From NCBI GenBank assembly GCA_022605425.2, contig JAKIMF020000011.1, positions 62,001-126,000 of the forward strand: a stretch of DNA of 64,000 bases, written 5' to 3'. Under the pieces are notes generated by a model. The model made no database searches, was not told where the DNA came from, and worked only from the letters and a program-made list of their open reading frames with translations. This DNA comes from Hamiltosporidium tvaerminnensis FI-OER-3-3. Lineage: Eukaryota > Fungi > Microsporidia. Position 1 is the stretch's first letter; every line of letters begins with the position of its first letter. Both the position numbers and the translations under genes were made by a program. Below, piece by piece: positions 40,401 to 52,830 of this stretch.

Positions 40401-43400
40401 AAAAATATTAAATTTTTTACTGACATGTATCTCAAGATTTATTTTGGGTATTTCTGTAGCTTATATTGCTATTCTTTATATTATAATGGTTTTTTTTTTA
40501 AAAGACAGACCTTATACTTTTTTAGAAATATTATGCAATGAAATGAATTTAATCGAATACAAATCAAATAGTTTTGCATTAATATAGATCTAATGGATAT
40601 GTAACCCTTTATATTTTTTTTTTATGGAATAGTTTTTTTAGATATTTCTCTACCTATAATATATATTTTATATCTATTTTCTTTTTACTAAAGGTTATGG
40701 AGCAACTCGCGATTTAATTTTTTTAAAAATTTAGATATGTAATTCGTTGGATTTCTATCAAAAATATCTGCAAAGCATACCTATTGTATTAACATCAATG
40801 ATTTTTTTTAGTATTTAGATATTTATGTGGATTAAATTTATTTGCTCTTTTTAACAATGGTCACTAAATTATTTTCTTTGTAATTCAGATAGGTTAGTAT
40901 CTTCTAATGTTTCTTCGCATTATAATAAAAAAATGGCATTTTTTTATATAATAGACTTTTTAATTCCAGAGTTAGAAGTATAGTCTCTTTTTATTAAGTT
41001 TAATGTCTGTTTAACTATTAATTTAAATTTTATAAATTTTTTTACATTTTTTTACAAAGATATAGTACTTTTGGAAATTGGTTTCATATTTCTAGGAGTA
41101 GAGTTAAATTTACCATTTATAAATCTATTTAATTCTGCCAGTTTATAACTAATTACATTCGTTTTGTTTAAACGTAAAATAAATAAAAAAAAAGTTGTGA
41201 GGACTTTTAACGTTTTTTAAAATAACATTGCATATCTTTTTAAAGATTTCTTTATATTTTTATCTTTTTGAGGAAAAATTTTAGTTCCTTCGAAATTTAT
41301 TACGTTACTTTTACAATCTAATTATTAAATATTCTTTTAAATATTTTTTTTTATATTTTTTTTAGCAGATTTCTTTTTGAAGTGATTGAGATGTAAAGCT
41401 AACTTTGTTTATAAAAAATCTTGACTAATATACTTAATTTGAAATCTTTTTGCATATTTTTACAGGAAATGATAAAAATATGCTTTTGTTTTACGGTCGG
41501 TTATATAAAATAGAACAGATATACAATCGACCAGGTTTATTTAAATTAACTCCATGCTTTATAGTATTTTGGCTTCTAAACCACTAAAAAAAATTTATTA
41601 TGAACTTTTATAATTCTTATTAAATTTATGGGCCGAAAATGTAATTCGAAACAAAAATTTTTTCTTATATAACTAAAAATATTGGTTAATCGTTATTATT
41701 TCCGAGTAATATTTTAATAAATGTAATTTTTAGGAAATTAAATAAAGCAAGATCAGTATTCCTTGTTGAATATTAATTTACATGGTGTCTATTTCAAAAA
41801 TAGTTAGATAACAGTATTTTAATAAGCTCTAGGTTTAGAGAAAGTGATGTATGACAATAGATTGCTTTAGTTACAAAGCAAACTTATCGAATTTCTGTTT
41901 GTTTATAAATCAATTAAAGTTTGTAGTTTAGTAAGTATGCTTCAAACCACATTTACCTTATATAGAAAAGAATATTAGATCTTTTCAATTGAAAAATATG
42001 TTTATGATACTAATAAAGAATATTTTAAAATCTATAATTTTAAAAAAATGGTTTTAACAAATTTAATTGTATTATACAGAAAGTAATAAAGTGTATAAAT
42101 CAGAAAAAAGAAATAGAAAAAAAAACAGTACGTTTAAACAAATTATAATTTTTACAATAGACTAATTCATATTAATACTATATATGAACGAAAAAAGTAC
42201 TAATATTGAGATTTAATCATTATTTATATTAAAGGCCGAGCAAATTTTAGCTAATGGTTGTGTTTGTAAGATTTTTATTTTATAAAAAAACTATAGTATA
42301 CAATATGGAAATAAATGATATTAGAAAGAAACCAAATTTGGCCTCGATGTGGTATTTTTATGTAAATGAAAAAGGAAAAGTATATCATGTACGCTTCGCT
42401 CGTTTCAATAATGTAAGGCTGTATAAATTTAATCTCTAGGTAATATTTTAACTATACGCATTTTAAAGTACGTTTAGAAAATTTATAGCTAGAATGATAA
42501 CTTAAAACCAGTTGTATGTTTGATAGAAGCAAATTTCATAGGTAGAACTTTAGTAAGGTTTCAATAGGAAACCAACTTGAGAGTTTTAAAAATGTAGTTT
42601 TTTGTACACATTACACAGAATCAATGCTTTTCGTATGTTTATAATTAATTTTATGATATTTTTAAATATTGCAAAGTTGACCGTGTATTTTATTAAAGAA
42701 ATACAAAACCTTTTAATTAAAAGAAAATAGATTATACTGATTCTGTCTAATAAAAAAAAACAAATAATGTACTTGTACATGTGGTTGTACAATCAAAACA
42801 ATTTTAAATAAGTAGTGTAATAAAGTTAATATAAGCATTGTATGTGAATACCCGAATTAAAGAATTTGTTATATTTATTTTATTTTTTAACTACTACAAT
42901 AGATACAAGTGTGTTTTTTTAAAAATTCATACAATTCAATAAGGACTACTTTTTTATTTTATAATCATCTAATTTCTATAATTTATTTTACTTAAATCTT
43001 TTAGTTAACACATTTACATAGGAAATATTTAAGAAATCAAGAATATATCGTAAAAACGGTCGAGCAGATATTGGGTACAATCCACTTTATTTTTAGTTTA
43101 TAATTTAAAAGAATCATATAAAGACCTATTATAAAAAATAATTTGGTCTAAAAAAAAATTTTAAAAGATGAATACCATTATGTAGTCATTTGTAGGGTAA
43201 TATTACCATATAAATCAATCAATATATAAATTTTGAAATATAAATATCAAGATAATAATTGAATTGAGGCAAAAGTAAAGCTGATAGGGTCATTCAAATA
43301 AAAAATATGTATTAACATGTCGAAAAGATAAAGTGATAATTTTTTTCAAGATATTATCAAATTAGAAATACACGTTTTCGTAAAACGGTATAAAATATGC

Positions 43401-43899
43401 AAAATGGTTACGGTAGTTCTATTCTGTATTTTTTGACTCTATTTTGCTACCAAATGTATATATATTTAACCCTATATAACAATAAGAAAATCTGTATAAA
43501 GTTCTTGTTAAATTTGGTTTAAACGCTTTAATATATTTTACTATATTTTATTTTCTTTACTATAACGACTTTTTTAAAAAGTTAATGCACCACATTATAC
43601 TAAAACTGGTAAAAAAAACTTTTTTGTATGAATTAACATAAATTTTACCGTGTACACCGTTTATAGATGAAAATATAGAGTTTTGTATATAATGATAATA
43701 TCTCAAATTACTTAAAAGCAGTAAATTTTCTTTTAGCATTTTTATTATGTTAAATTTTTTTGCAAACCTATAGATTTTTAGAAAGTGGTAAGGTTTGAAA
43801 AAAAATGTTTTATAGGGTTAAGTTGTCCTTGAGTATTTGGAAGATTATGAATAGATTAAATTAATTTTTATTTTTAGCATCCTTTTTATACCTTGCATT

Positions 43900-44520
43900 T
43901 TTATTATTTTTTGAGTGAAATTTTATAGATTTGGAAAGTTTTAATCTTGCTTTACATTTAGTGGCTTTTTTGAAAGGCGTTACTGTTCTTAATATCAGAT
44001 TTGCTATTACGCTTAAATACTTTAAATAATATTTACATTTCTTAGATATATTAAAGTTTTATAAGATTTGATTGAGTCTTAACTTATATAATTAATTTTA
44101 TTGGATTTATAATAATTTTTATAAGACTTTTCATTCTCACATGATATTTTTAATTTTTGTTGAATTTTTTAATTTTTACAAGATTTATATAATTCATTTA
44201 GGTTTTATTAAAATTTCTAAGATTTATAGAATATTTGAAAGGTATTTGGTACATCATAACTAATTTTGCAGAAATATAGATTACTTTATAAAGATTTTAT
44301 AACAATTCTGGTTTTTTACTTTAAAATATAATTATTTTGTTTGACGATTTTTGGATTTCTTTACACTTATTATATTTCTTACTGATGTTTTATATTCAGA
44401 TTAAGATCAAAATTTTATAATACATAAAATTAAAGCATATATTCTTTTATAAAATGTTTTTAGATTCTAAAATATATAAATTTAATGTCTTTTGGTCACT
44501 TTGAATGTATAACTTTGATA
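43900..44520 (+). repeat. Low-complexity degenerate short-period repeat ((A)AGATTT(T)AT-like)
   Basis: ataagattt, caagatttat, taagatttat, aaagatttta and tagattct recur throughout. Confidence 0.45.
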
Positions 44521-45009
44521 TATATTTTTATCATAGTGTTTTAAATAAAAAGTATTAAAAGAAAAAAAAATATTTATCTTATTTGAGATTAAAGATATTT
44601 GTTCTATCTTATATGTTGGTTAATGAATTATTATGTTTAGTTTTTATTTATTAATCACAAATACAATTTATTTTGGGGGAAAAGGTTAAATTACAAATAT
44701 AACATTCAATATCAAAGTTAAACCGTTATAATATTCAAAAATCTAGAGATTAAAATCACAATTAAAAGTAATGTGATTTTTATTTCAAATTATACATATT
44801 TGTTGGGTTTTTAACAGTTATTTTACAATTATATTATTTACATATAGTTTCTACAAAGATATTTGTAATTGGTTTATTTGAAGAAAGTTGTCATCAGTTT
44901 TACGACCTAAAGAAACAAGAAGATCAAACTATACATACATTAAATTTACTAAAATATTGTATTAGTTTAAAATATATAATTTTGTATAACTAATAAAAAA
45001 TCTGTACTA

Positions 45010-48000
45010 AAAATGTATTATAGAAATCTTAATCCCTGTTTTGAATTATTCAAAAGATTAAGTAATTTGGGTTGTACTCAATAAAATTCTCTACAATAAT
45101 TATCTTATGTACTATTCACTGGTTTTCTTAGAATATTATACATATTATATATATTTTGTAAAAAAAAATACTAGCTGCTTTGGCAAATACGCGTTTACAT
45201 ATATATTTTATTCTTAATATAAGTTAAATTTAAGAAATTCCACACTCGTAACTTCGTATGCTTCTTTTTGTTACAATACTATGTTATTTTGATTTAATTA
45301 AAAGAAAATAGAGAATTGTCTGAAAATTTTCTCATATACACAAAGTTATAATAAAGAATAAAAAATTTAAGTGATACATATTTGCTTATAGAAGCATTCC
45401 TGTTTTTACCACTTTTGTTGAAAATAAAATTGTAGTCTAAGGATATGCATCTTGAATGTGACAAATAAAAATTAGAATTTTTTTTTTAAATTAGTAAATA
45501 ATAATATATAAGATTACATGTAGGAATTATTTTAAATCCATATCTATACGTTTTAAACAATAAATTTATTTTAGATAATACATGGTTTGAAATTAATTTA
45601 TTTTACAGCTATTTTTATAATTTATTTTGTAATTTATTTTTTATTTAAATTTAAATTTAAATTTATGCAATATTCAGATTCGGTTAATGCAAAAAAAAAA
45701 TATGAAAATAATTATAAATACAGGGATATACTTTTAAAACATCTAGGATGATTTAAGAGAAGTAAAGAACATTATTTAAATATGTTTTCTTAAAGATTAA
45801 AATAGTTTCGAAGGGTAAGTTGTAAATGATGTAAGTATCAATTGGGTTAGGGATAAATCAAATTATGATTAGATAGGAATCGTTTAAAGAATAGCTTTTC
45901 TAATATTGAACTAATTTAATTTAAATACGTGTTTAAATGAGATTAGTTTTAGCGAAGTTTACAAGTATAAATATCCAAAGGTTTTTCCTTTTGTGGCATC
46001 TTCTAAGGCTTACCTTAAAGAATACCTTTAGAATATTTGATGCTCTATAGAAAAAACTTTCATCTTTTGAACTACCTGAGCTTTGACTGTACTGAGGTAT
46101 GAGCCAAATAAAACAACTGCCCCACGTTTACTGATAGCAATTCTCTTAAATTTTGAGCTATATTTGCTGCCCTTGTATCTATCCTAGTTAGCTGGATTAT
46201 GAAAAGACTTACTTGGGTTTTATGTTATGGGTCTAAATATGATTCAATGGATAGCCATTCTAAATCACATTCGATATTAGAAAACAGTCGAAGAATTTTA
46301 AATAAGTGATTTTAATAACCCCGTAATGCTCGGTGATAACCAACCAGCACAATCAATTATATTTACAAGAAGTTTAAGTCAATGTGCCGAAACTTGGACA
46401 AATTTACCTATATAACTAGAATAGGTTTTTAAAGCCATATACTTACACAATTAGAAAAACTCCGAAAATCGTTCTTATAAATTTTAAAGTCACATTACCA
46501 ATTAAACTGATTTATCATCTACTGTATCTTACGATTGTAATTCAACTATTTTAAATGCTTTAATTTGGTCATAATCCAAAACCCTGTTTTTTTATTATTT
46601 TTTTAGATATGTTGATATGTATTTGAATTTATTCTTAAATAAATGTGTTCGTTCTATGTATTTTTATACAATTATTGTTCTCTTTTCTTTCCTATTCTTT
46701 TATCTTAATTCTTCTCTAGTCTTTATTTACTAGTTCCTCATCTTTCTTTCTTACTTTTCTTCGATCATTGTTTTATATCTTTATTAGCATTACTTCTCTA
46801 TAGTTCTATAGATTCCTTTAATTAAAGCCCGAATTTTTTTCTTATATTTTTCTACTACTATATTTATACTTAAGTTTTTATCTCTTAAAATACTCTCTAA
46901 TTTGCTATAAATCTTTGTCTAACTCTTTTTCCTATTTCAGCACTACTCTAATTCCTCTATAGAATTTTTTTCGCTATATCTTTATTTCTATGGTGATATT
47001 CTCTTCGCCAAATCATGTTAGGAAAATAAGATTTACTCCTTACTACATTTCTAAAATAAATTTTAAATCACGATAGTGAATTTACCTTTTGCCAAAACCT
47101 TTATCATATAATATTAGTACCAAAGCATTTAAATCATAAAAACATAATTCATAAAAAAGATTATTTCCTTAAACAAAATTTGAAAAAAAAAATATAGCAA
47201 CTGAATAGTAATTATAAAAGAAAGCAATTTTTAATTATACCTAAGAATTTCCCTAAACAAAATATGAGAGAAAAGAAAGCTTAACTAATTTCTAAACAAT
47301 GTTTTTTAGTTTTTGATTATACAGATTTATTGCTTAAAATTGTTATTGTGTAAATGTTAAAACTTGTTTCCCGATCTATCTTATATTTTTTCCCTAAAAA
47401 ATTAATTCAGTTTCCCTTACCCTATATCTTCTTACTAGAATACTTATTTTAAAAGATTATTGTAATTGTGTAAATTAAATTATTTTCCCTAACTTTCTTA
47501 CTTCCCAGTACAATCTTTATTACTTACTTAATCTTTTTTCCCTAACTTTTATTTTTTCAGAATATTACTTTTCCTTAACTAATATTTTTATCTATTTTTT
47601 ATTTAAATTTCCTAACCAATTCTTCACAGCCTTTACTAATTTATTCTTCCCTGCCTTTTTTTGTTACTTTATAATCTTTTTTCCTAACATATTATTTTCT
47701 CACATACCCTTTTTCCACCCTACCATAATCCTTTATTTTCCCTATCCCAATTTTCTTTTCCCTACCTTCTTTTTTTACCCAATTATTTTTTCTCTGGAAA
47801 TTTCTGCTAAACTGAACTATTTTTTTCTTTCTTTATTAGATGTTTTGTCCTATGCTAATCTTTCTTCACCTACACGAATTACACTCACCAATTTTCTTTT
47901 TTATAAAAAAATATTTTCTCAAACAGTTTTCATTTTCCCTATCCAATTATTTTTTTGTTCAATATAATTTCTTCCATAGATAGTTCTTTTCTTCCTTAAA

Positions 48001-49140
48001 TTTCTTTTTCCCACATTTTCTTTCTTCCTATATGTACTTCTTTTTATTCCCTAACTACTAATTTTACTCCTTACTAACTCTTTTTAAGTGGGTGATTAAT
48101 TTCTTCCTTTGATTCTTCTTTCCATAACGCAATTTTCTGTTCCCTAATTTGCTTTTCCTTATTTACTATTTGTTCTTTTCCCTAACATTTCTTTTTCTTT
48201 CTATACTTCTCATTTCCCTGGCCTATCTTGCAAAAATGTTTGAAGTAAAGATGTAGAAAATTTAATAAAAAATATTTTCTCTACTCAAAAAAAAGAAAAT
48301 TTGTTTCATGCACCTATTTATAAAAAAAGAAGTACTTTCCTTAACCTCAGCTACCTAGCCAAGAGTTGTTACTTTCTTCCCTAACTTATTTACGAGAACC
48401 TAGTAAAATTTTTATAAATAAAAATTTATTTACTTTTCCCGAACATTTTTTTAGATTTATTCAAATAAAAAAGTTAAAATAGTCGTTTTAAAGAATAGAG
48501 GTCTCTCCTACCGAAGCTAGAAAAATATTTTACCTCAACTTTTATTTTAAAAAATATTCTTTCGGATGAAAGTATGGAATTACATACGCTAACAAATTTT
48601 TAAAAAGAAAAATGCAACAGCTAAAAACAAATAGGGGAAAAAATTCAAAGTTGGTATTTTTACTTATCTCAAGGAATAAATTTTTATTTGAAATAAACAA
48701 AATAAAGTAAAAAAAGTAAGAAAAAGGAATAAGATTGACTATAGGGTAAATATATAATTACTCCTAATTGGTCCAACACAGAAACCAATCATAACCCTAA
48801 AATTTTCGGGTTAATTTATTTCTCTTTATTTGAATCTGGTTTCTGGATTAAGGTTACAGGTTAAGATGAATATTCTTAGATGATATTTTGAAAAAGAGTC
48901 TGGGTTAATAACCAGCAATTCTACATTATATTTTATTTATAAGGTTTTTGTTTTAAATATGTAGTTTTAGGAAAGAGTTTGGGTCAATAATAAAATGTCT
49001 AGACCATGAAAAAAATGTAAATAGCAGGGGGCGAGTTAGGATTTGTAGCTATATATTAACTTAGATTTATTTTTTTTCATTAGATTTTTTCCTTTTTTAT
49101 TTGTTCTTATGTTTAATACTTTTAAAGTGACTAAAGAATC
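45010..49140 (-). pseudogene. Copy IV, right half (module C, CCCTAA-like array and tail), homologous to 13930-18350
   Basis: Anchors: ATAGAAATCTT 13951/45020, CATCTTTTxAACTAC 14951/46041, AAATAAATGTGTTCGTT ~15528/~46636, TTTATAAATAAAAATTTATT ~17558/~48411. Minus frames align: AHCLKVLVNTID / AH*LKLLVNIID, KSFYNPA / KSFHNPA, and TYLNNVL in both. Confidence 0.8.
47370..48240 (+). repeat. Degenerate CCCTAA-like minisatellite, paralog of 16400-17500
   Basis: Recurrent ttttccctaact, tttcctaacc, ttccctatcc, ttccctacc and ttccctaacat. Confidence 0.65.
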
Positions 49141-51619
49141 ATATTTATTAAATTGTATTCTCTTATGGGTATTAGGCTAGCTAATCTTACTTTTTTTGGC
49201 ATATAAATCTGTTTTTTCTTTTTAGTTTAGATTAATGGTTCATCCTAACTCTTCATACTACTATATATCTTTTTATATATACTTTCCAACATTTAAGTAA
49301 ATAATGATCTATTTAAGCTAATTTGTTAATCATCTGTTTCCTTTGTTCGTTATTACATTTTAGAATGGTACTTGTATTTTTTTTTCTTCAAGGATTTTCT
49401 ATTTAAGATATTCATTCGTTTAACTTCCTTCATGAATTATATTCAAAACCTAAGGTTTAGAAACATTCTGCTAAGTTAGTACGGAAAAAATAGTTTCCTT
49501 CTAATTAAGTTAGAGGTTTTGTGCATCGACTTACTATTTTACAGTCATTTCTCTAGTTTTAAAGCGTTTCGTTACATTTTCAGAATTTCGAATTATTTTT
49601 TGTAGTTATTTCTTTATCTAATACAGTTTTAATTCTTTTTTATTATATTTTCCTATAATGTAGTCTGTTTTTTCGTTTTTCGATATCAATTTTAAATATT
49701 ATACAGAAAATATTTTGTGAATTATAAATATAGTCTTTTTAGAGGTTTTTAAAATGATTATACTTTTAATGTCGTTCGCCGTTTTTACTTTTTAAATTAA
49801 ATGTTTGTCGGTTTAAATTTTTTTAAAACATTTTTTTGATTTTTTTAAATTTTTTAATAAGATTTGTACTAATTTAAAAGAAATTTTAATCTGTAAGGAA
49901 TTATATATCTTTTTACATTTACTTACAAATTTTTTATGTTTTTTATTTATTTTTACCTGTTCTTTTCAATTTTTTTAAATTCTCTCTTAAATTTAGCTGT
50001 TTTTTCACGTTTTTTTACACCTTTTCAAATTTTTTATTTTTTTTAAATTTTAATTTTTTTTCAAATATCTTATTTGTGCAATTTTTAGAAATTTTAGATT
50101 TGATTGGAATTTGAACAACTTTTTTTATCGATTTTATATGATTTAAGTCTCCTCTAAATCAATTTATCGAAAATTCTTTGTCATATTGTTACATAATGGA
50201 CAATTTTTAGTTTTTTTGCAAAACTTAAGATTTTTTAAAAAATCAGTAAACGTTTTGAATTCTAGCTCGGTTTTTTCAAAAAAAATTCCCAACTAATATT
50301 TGTGAGCTTGAATTTTGTTCAAATTATTTTTAAACTTTTCAATTTTCAATTTTCTATGAAATTACTAATGGTTTGTATTATTGTAGTATATTGTATACTG
50401 TTGTTGGTTTTCATTAAGATAGAATTATATTCTAGCAACGAAATTCGAAAAATTTCTTGAGAAAAAAATTTATTGTGAAAATCTGAACTATTAAATTTTA
50501 TTTCTAGTATTAAAAATTTGTTAAATTTTTAAAATACAGGTGTTAAATAAATAACATTGGTTTTATAATGAATAATTATTCTACTTTGGATAACCTCTAT
50601 TTTAAAACAATCCTTACCTTGACTGTTTCATTAAGACCGAATAATCTCTATTTTTTAACCTTAAATTAATATCCATAAAGCTAAAGATAAAGGAGGGAAT
50701 CCAGACATTTTTGACTAAACTAGAACTTGCTACAAATTTACGATACTTATAATTGTAACTCTTGACGAAAAGGGAAGGTACTTTTTGCAACCGGTTTAAA
50801 TTTTATTTTTTGTTTTACATAATATTATTTTTTGATTATTCGTCTTTTCAAGTATGTATTAAAATATAAGAAAACATTTGGATAGAAAAATTTAGGTAAG
50901 ATAGGAACCATAACTAGTTCAAAAGAACATTAAATTGAGTTTGGTTTGAATATAGTAAATTGTGAAATATATTTTATATTGAGATTAGTTTATATAAAAA
51001 GGAAATCACATTTTAAAGCTCTTAAAACCCGTATAAACTTTACTAAGATCTAGATTTCCGCTTCACTCAATAAATGATAGTAATTACATTAATTTTTTTA
51101 TTGAAAATTTATGTTTACAATTTCATCTCAGATTGAATAAATTATATTTTTTCGTTTAGATAAAAATTTAATTTGGTTTTGCATAGTTTGAGTTTAAAAT
51201 TTACAATTTTTATATGATAATTATGTTTTATAAGATCTCATTAAAAGAATTCACTATATTATTTTTGAATAAAAAACACTAGAAAATAGAGTTATCTTGG
51301 TTTGTTTTCGAGAAAATATAAAGAAATTCATTACTAACTAATACATTCACAAAGTCAATATATTTTTTAAATTCTGGGAGTTAGTATTAATAGTTATCTT
51401 TTATTCGAAAGTAAATAGGTCAAACGTACAAAATTTAATAAAGTATTTTTTTTACTTTTTAGATACTAATTTTGATGGGATATCGGCTAATTTAATACAT
51501 TTCTTTAGATTTATGAGAGTTTCATTGTTAAGAAAATATGAATGTCTTGACTTGATACTTTTGCAAAACATATAAGACATCTTTCTTTAATTATTTTAAG
51601 TTTTTAATATATAAAAAAT

Positions 51620-51810
51620 GGATATTTATGAAAAGAATATCAAAAGTGTATTTTAGTTCTTTTATATAGGAGCATATTTTCTTTAAGAATATCAAAGATG
51701 TCTTCATATTAAAGTGTATGTGGAATGGATATTCTTGAAGAGAATATCCGAAGAGTATTATATTTAAAGTCTTAGGGTGGATATTTTGGAGAGAATATAT
51801 AAAATTCTTT
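51620..51810. repeat. ~50-bp minisatellite, at least 4 units, each with a GGATATT...AGAATATC palindrome
   Basis: Units start at ~51620, 51669, 51727 and 51779. Unit 3 is a perfect 9-bp stem, GGATATTCT-tgaag-AGAATATCC (51727-51749). Confidence 0.7.
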
Positions 51811-51889
51811 GAATCTATTATTTGATATTTAAACTGTATTTGTAATATTATTTTTTTATTGTGTATATGAATATTATAATGAGACTTTA

Positions 51890-52830
51890 AGATTTATAGA
51901 AGGGTCGAAGTTACTATAGACTGACGGAATTCAATAAAATAATCATGTTCAAGTAGTTTTATATTAAGGGTTTGCTTAAAAACCAGTCGTTTAATTTTGG
52001 TAAATCTTTTGCATTAGAGCCAATTTTAGATGCAATAAAAGCATTGAGATGGTTACTTTATTATCTTATAAACCCGAATTTATATTATTTTCTATTCTAT
52101 AATTTTAGTAATTGGTTATTAAAAAATTTAAAACTATAAATATGGTTACATTTTTATCCTTTTGTATCTACAGCGGTATTCTTACTATGTCTATGGATAT
52201 GGGATTTGTTATCCTTAGGATATTAATTCACCGATGCCCTAATAAAACTATTTTCCACCCTACTGATGTAGAAGCCAGAAAACAAATGCCACTAATGCTG
52301 ACTGATATTGATATTCCTCTGAAATTCGCAGCTGAATTTACTTTTACTATTAACCATTCTGATATGGTTTGTTGAAGGGTTATGTAAGATTATTTGCATA
52401 GGTTAGACATAAATTCAAATGGTAGTAGCAAATAACTCGTTCGATATCGTAAAAAGTCAAATTTTTTAAAAATGTGAATTTTTTCAGCTATTAAAATGTT
52501 ATATATAATCCTATTAGCATAAATACGCGATTTACAGTGACTATAATGTAATATGCCCTGATTACGGGACTAAATTGCCTCTTTTAATGAAGTACTTTTA
52601 TAAGAAGGTATACAATAAGGAACTATAAAATATAGAGACATAAAACCAGTATAGCATCTCTTAAAGAAACTTTTAAAAATTTTAAAGAATGGTAATTATA
52701 TTAAGTTATATTTAGCTTTATTGGGATTTTAACAATTCCTATTTTCTCTCTTCTTCGACTATACATGCTTCTAAAATGGTGTATATGTCTTCTGAAAAGT
52801 GAATTTATCTTATAATAAATATGTTCACTG
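51890..52830 (-). pseudogene. Copy V: partial module A, closest to copy I
   Basis: 52110-52820 aligns with ~72-780 (CTGATATGGTTTGTT, TTATTTGCATA, AGACATAAATT, CAAATAACTCGTTCGAT). Confidence 0.75.

Noticed and set aside
42230-42420. CGCTTCGCTCG word reminiscent of non-autonomous rolling-circle elements
   Set aside because: It is a single short word with no identifiable termini or second copy in the window.
46320-46400. Plus-strand MLGDNQ..SIIFTRS (polymerase- or helicase-like words)
   Set aside because: GDNQ is not conserved in the paralog at ~15210-15240, and this plus frame has stops at aligned positions in both copies.
51620-51810. CRISPR array
   Set aside because: The repeats are not identical, the spacers are mutually similar, there are no cas genes, and the context looks eukaryotic.
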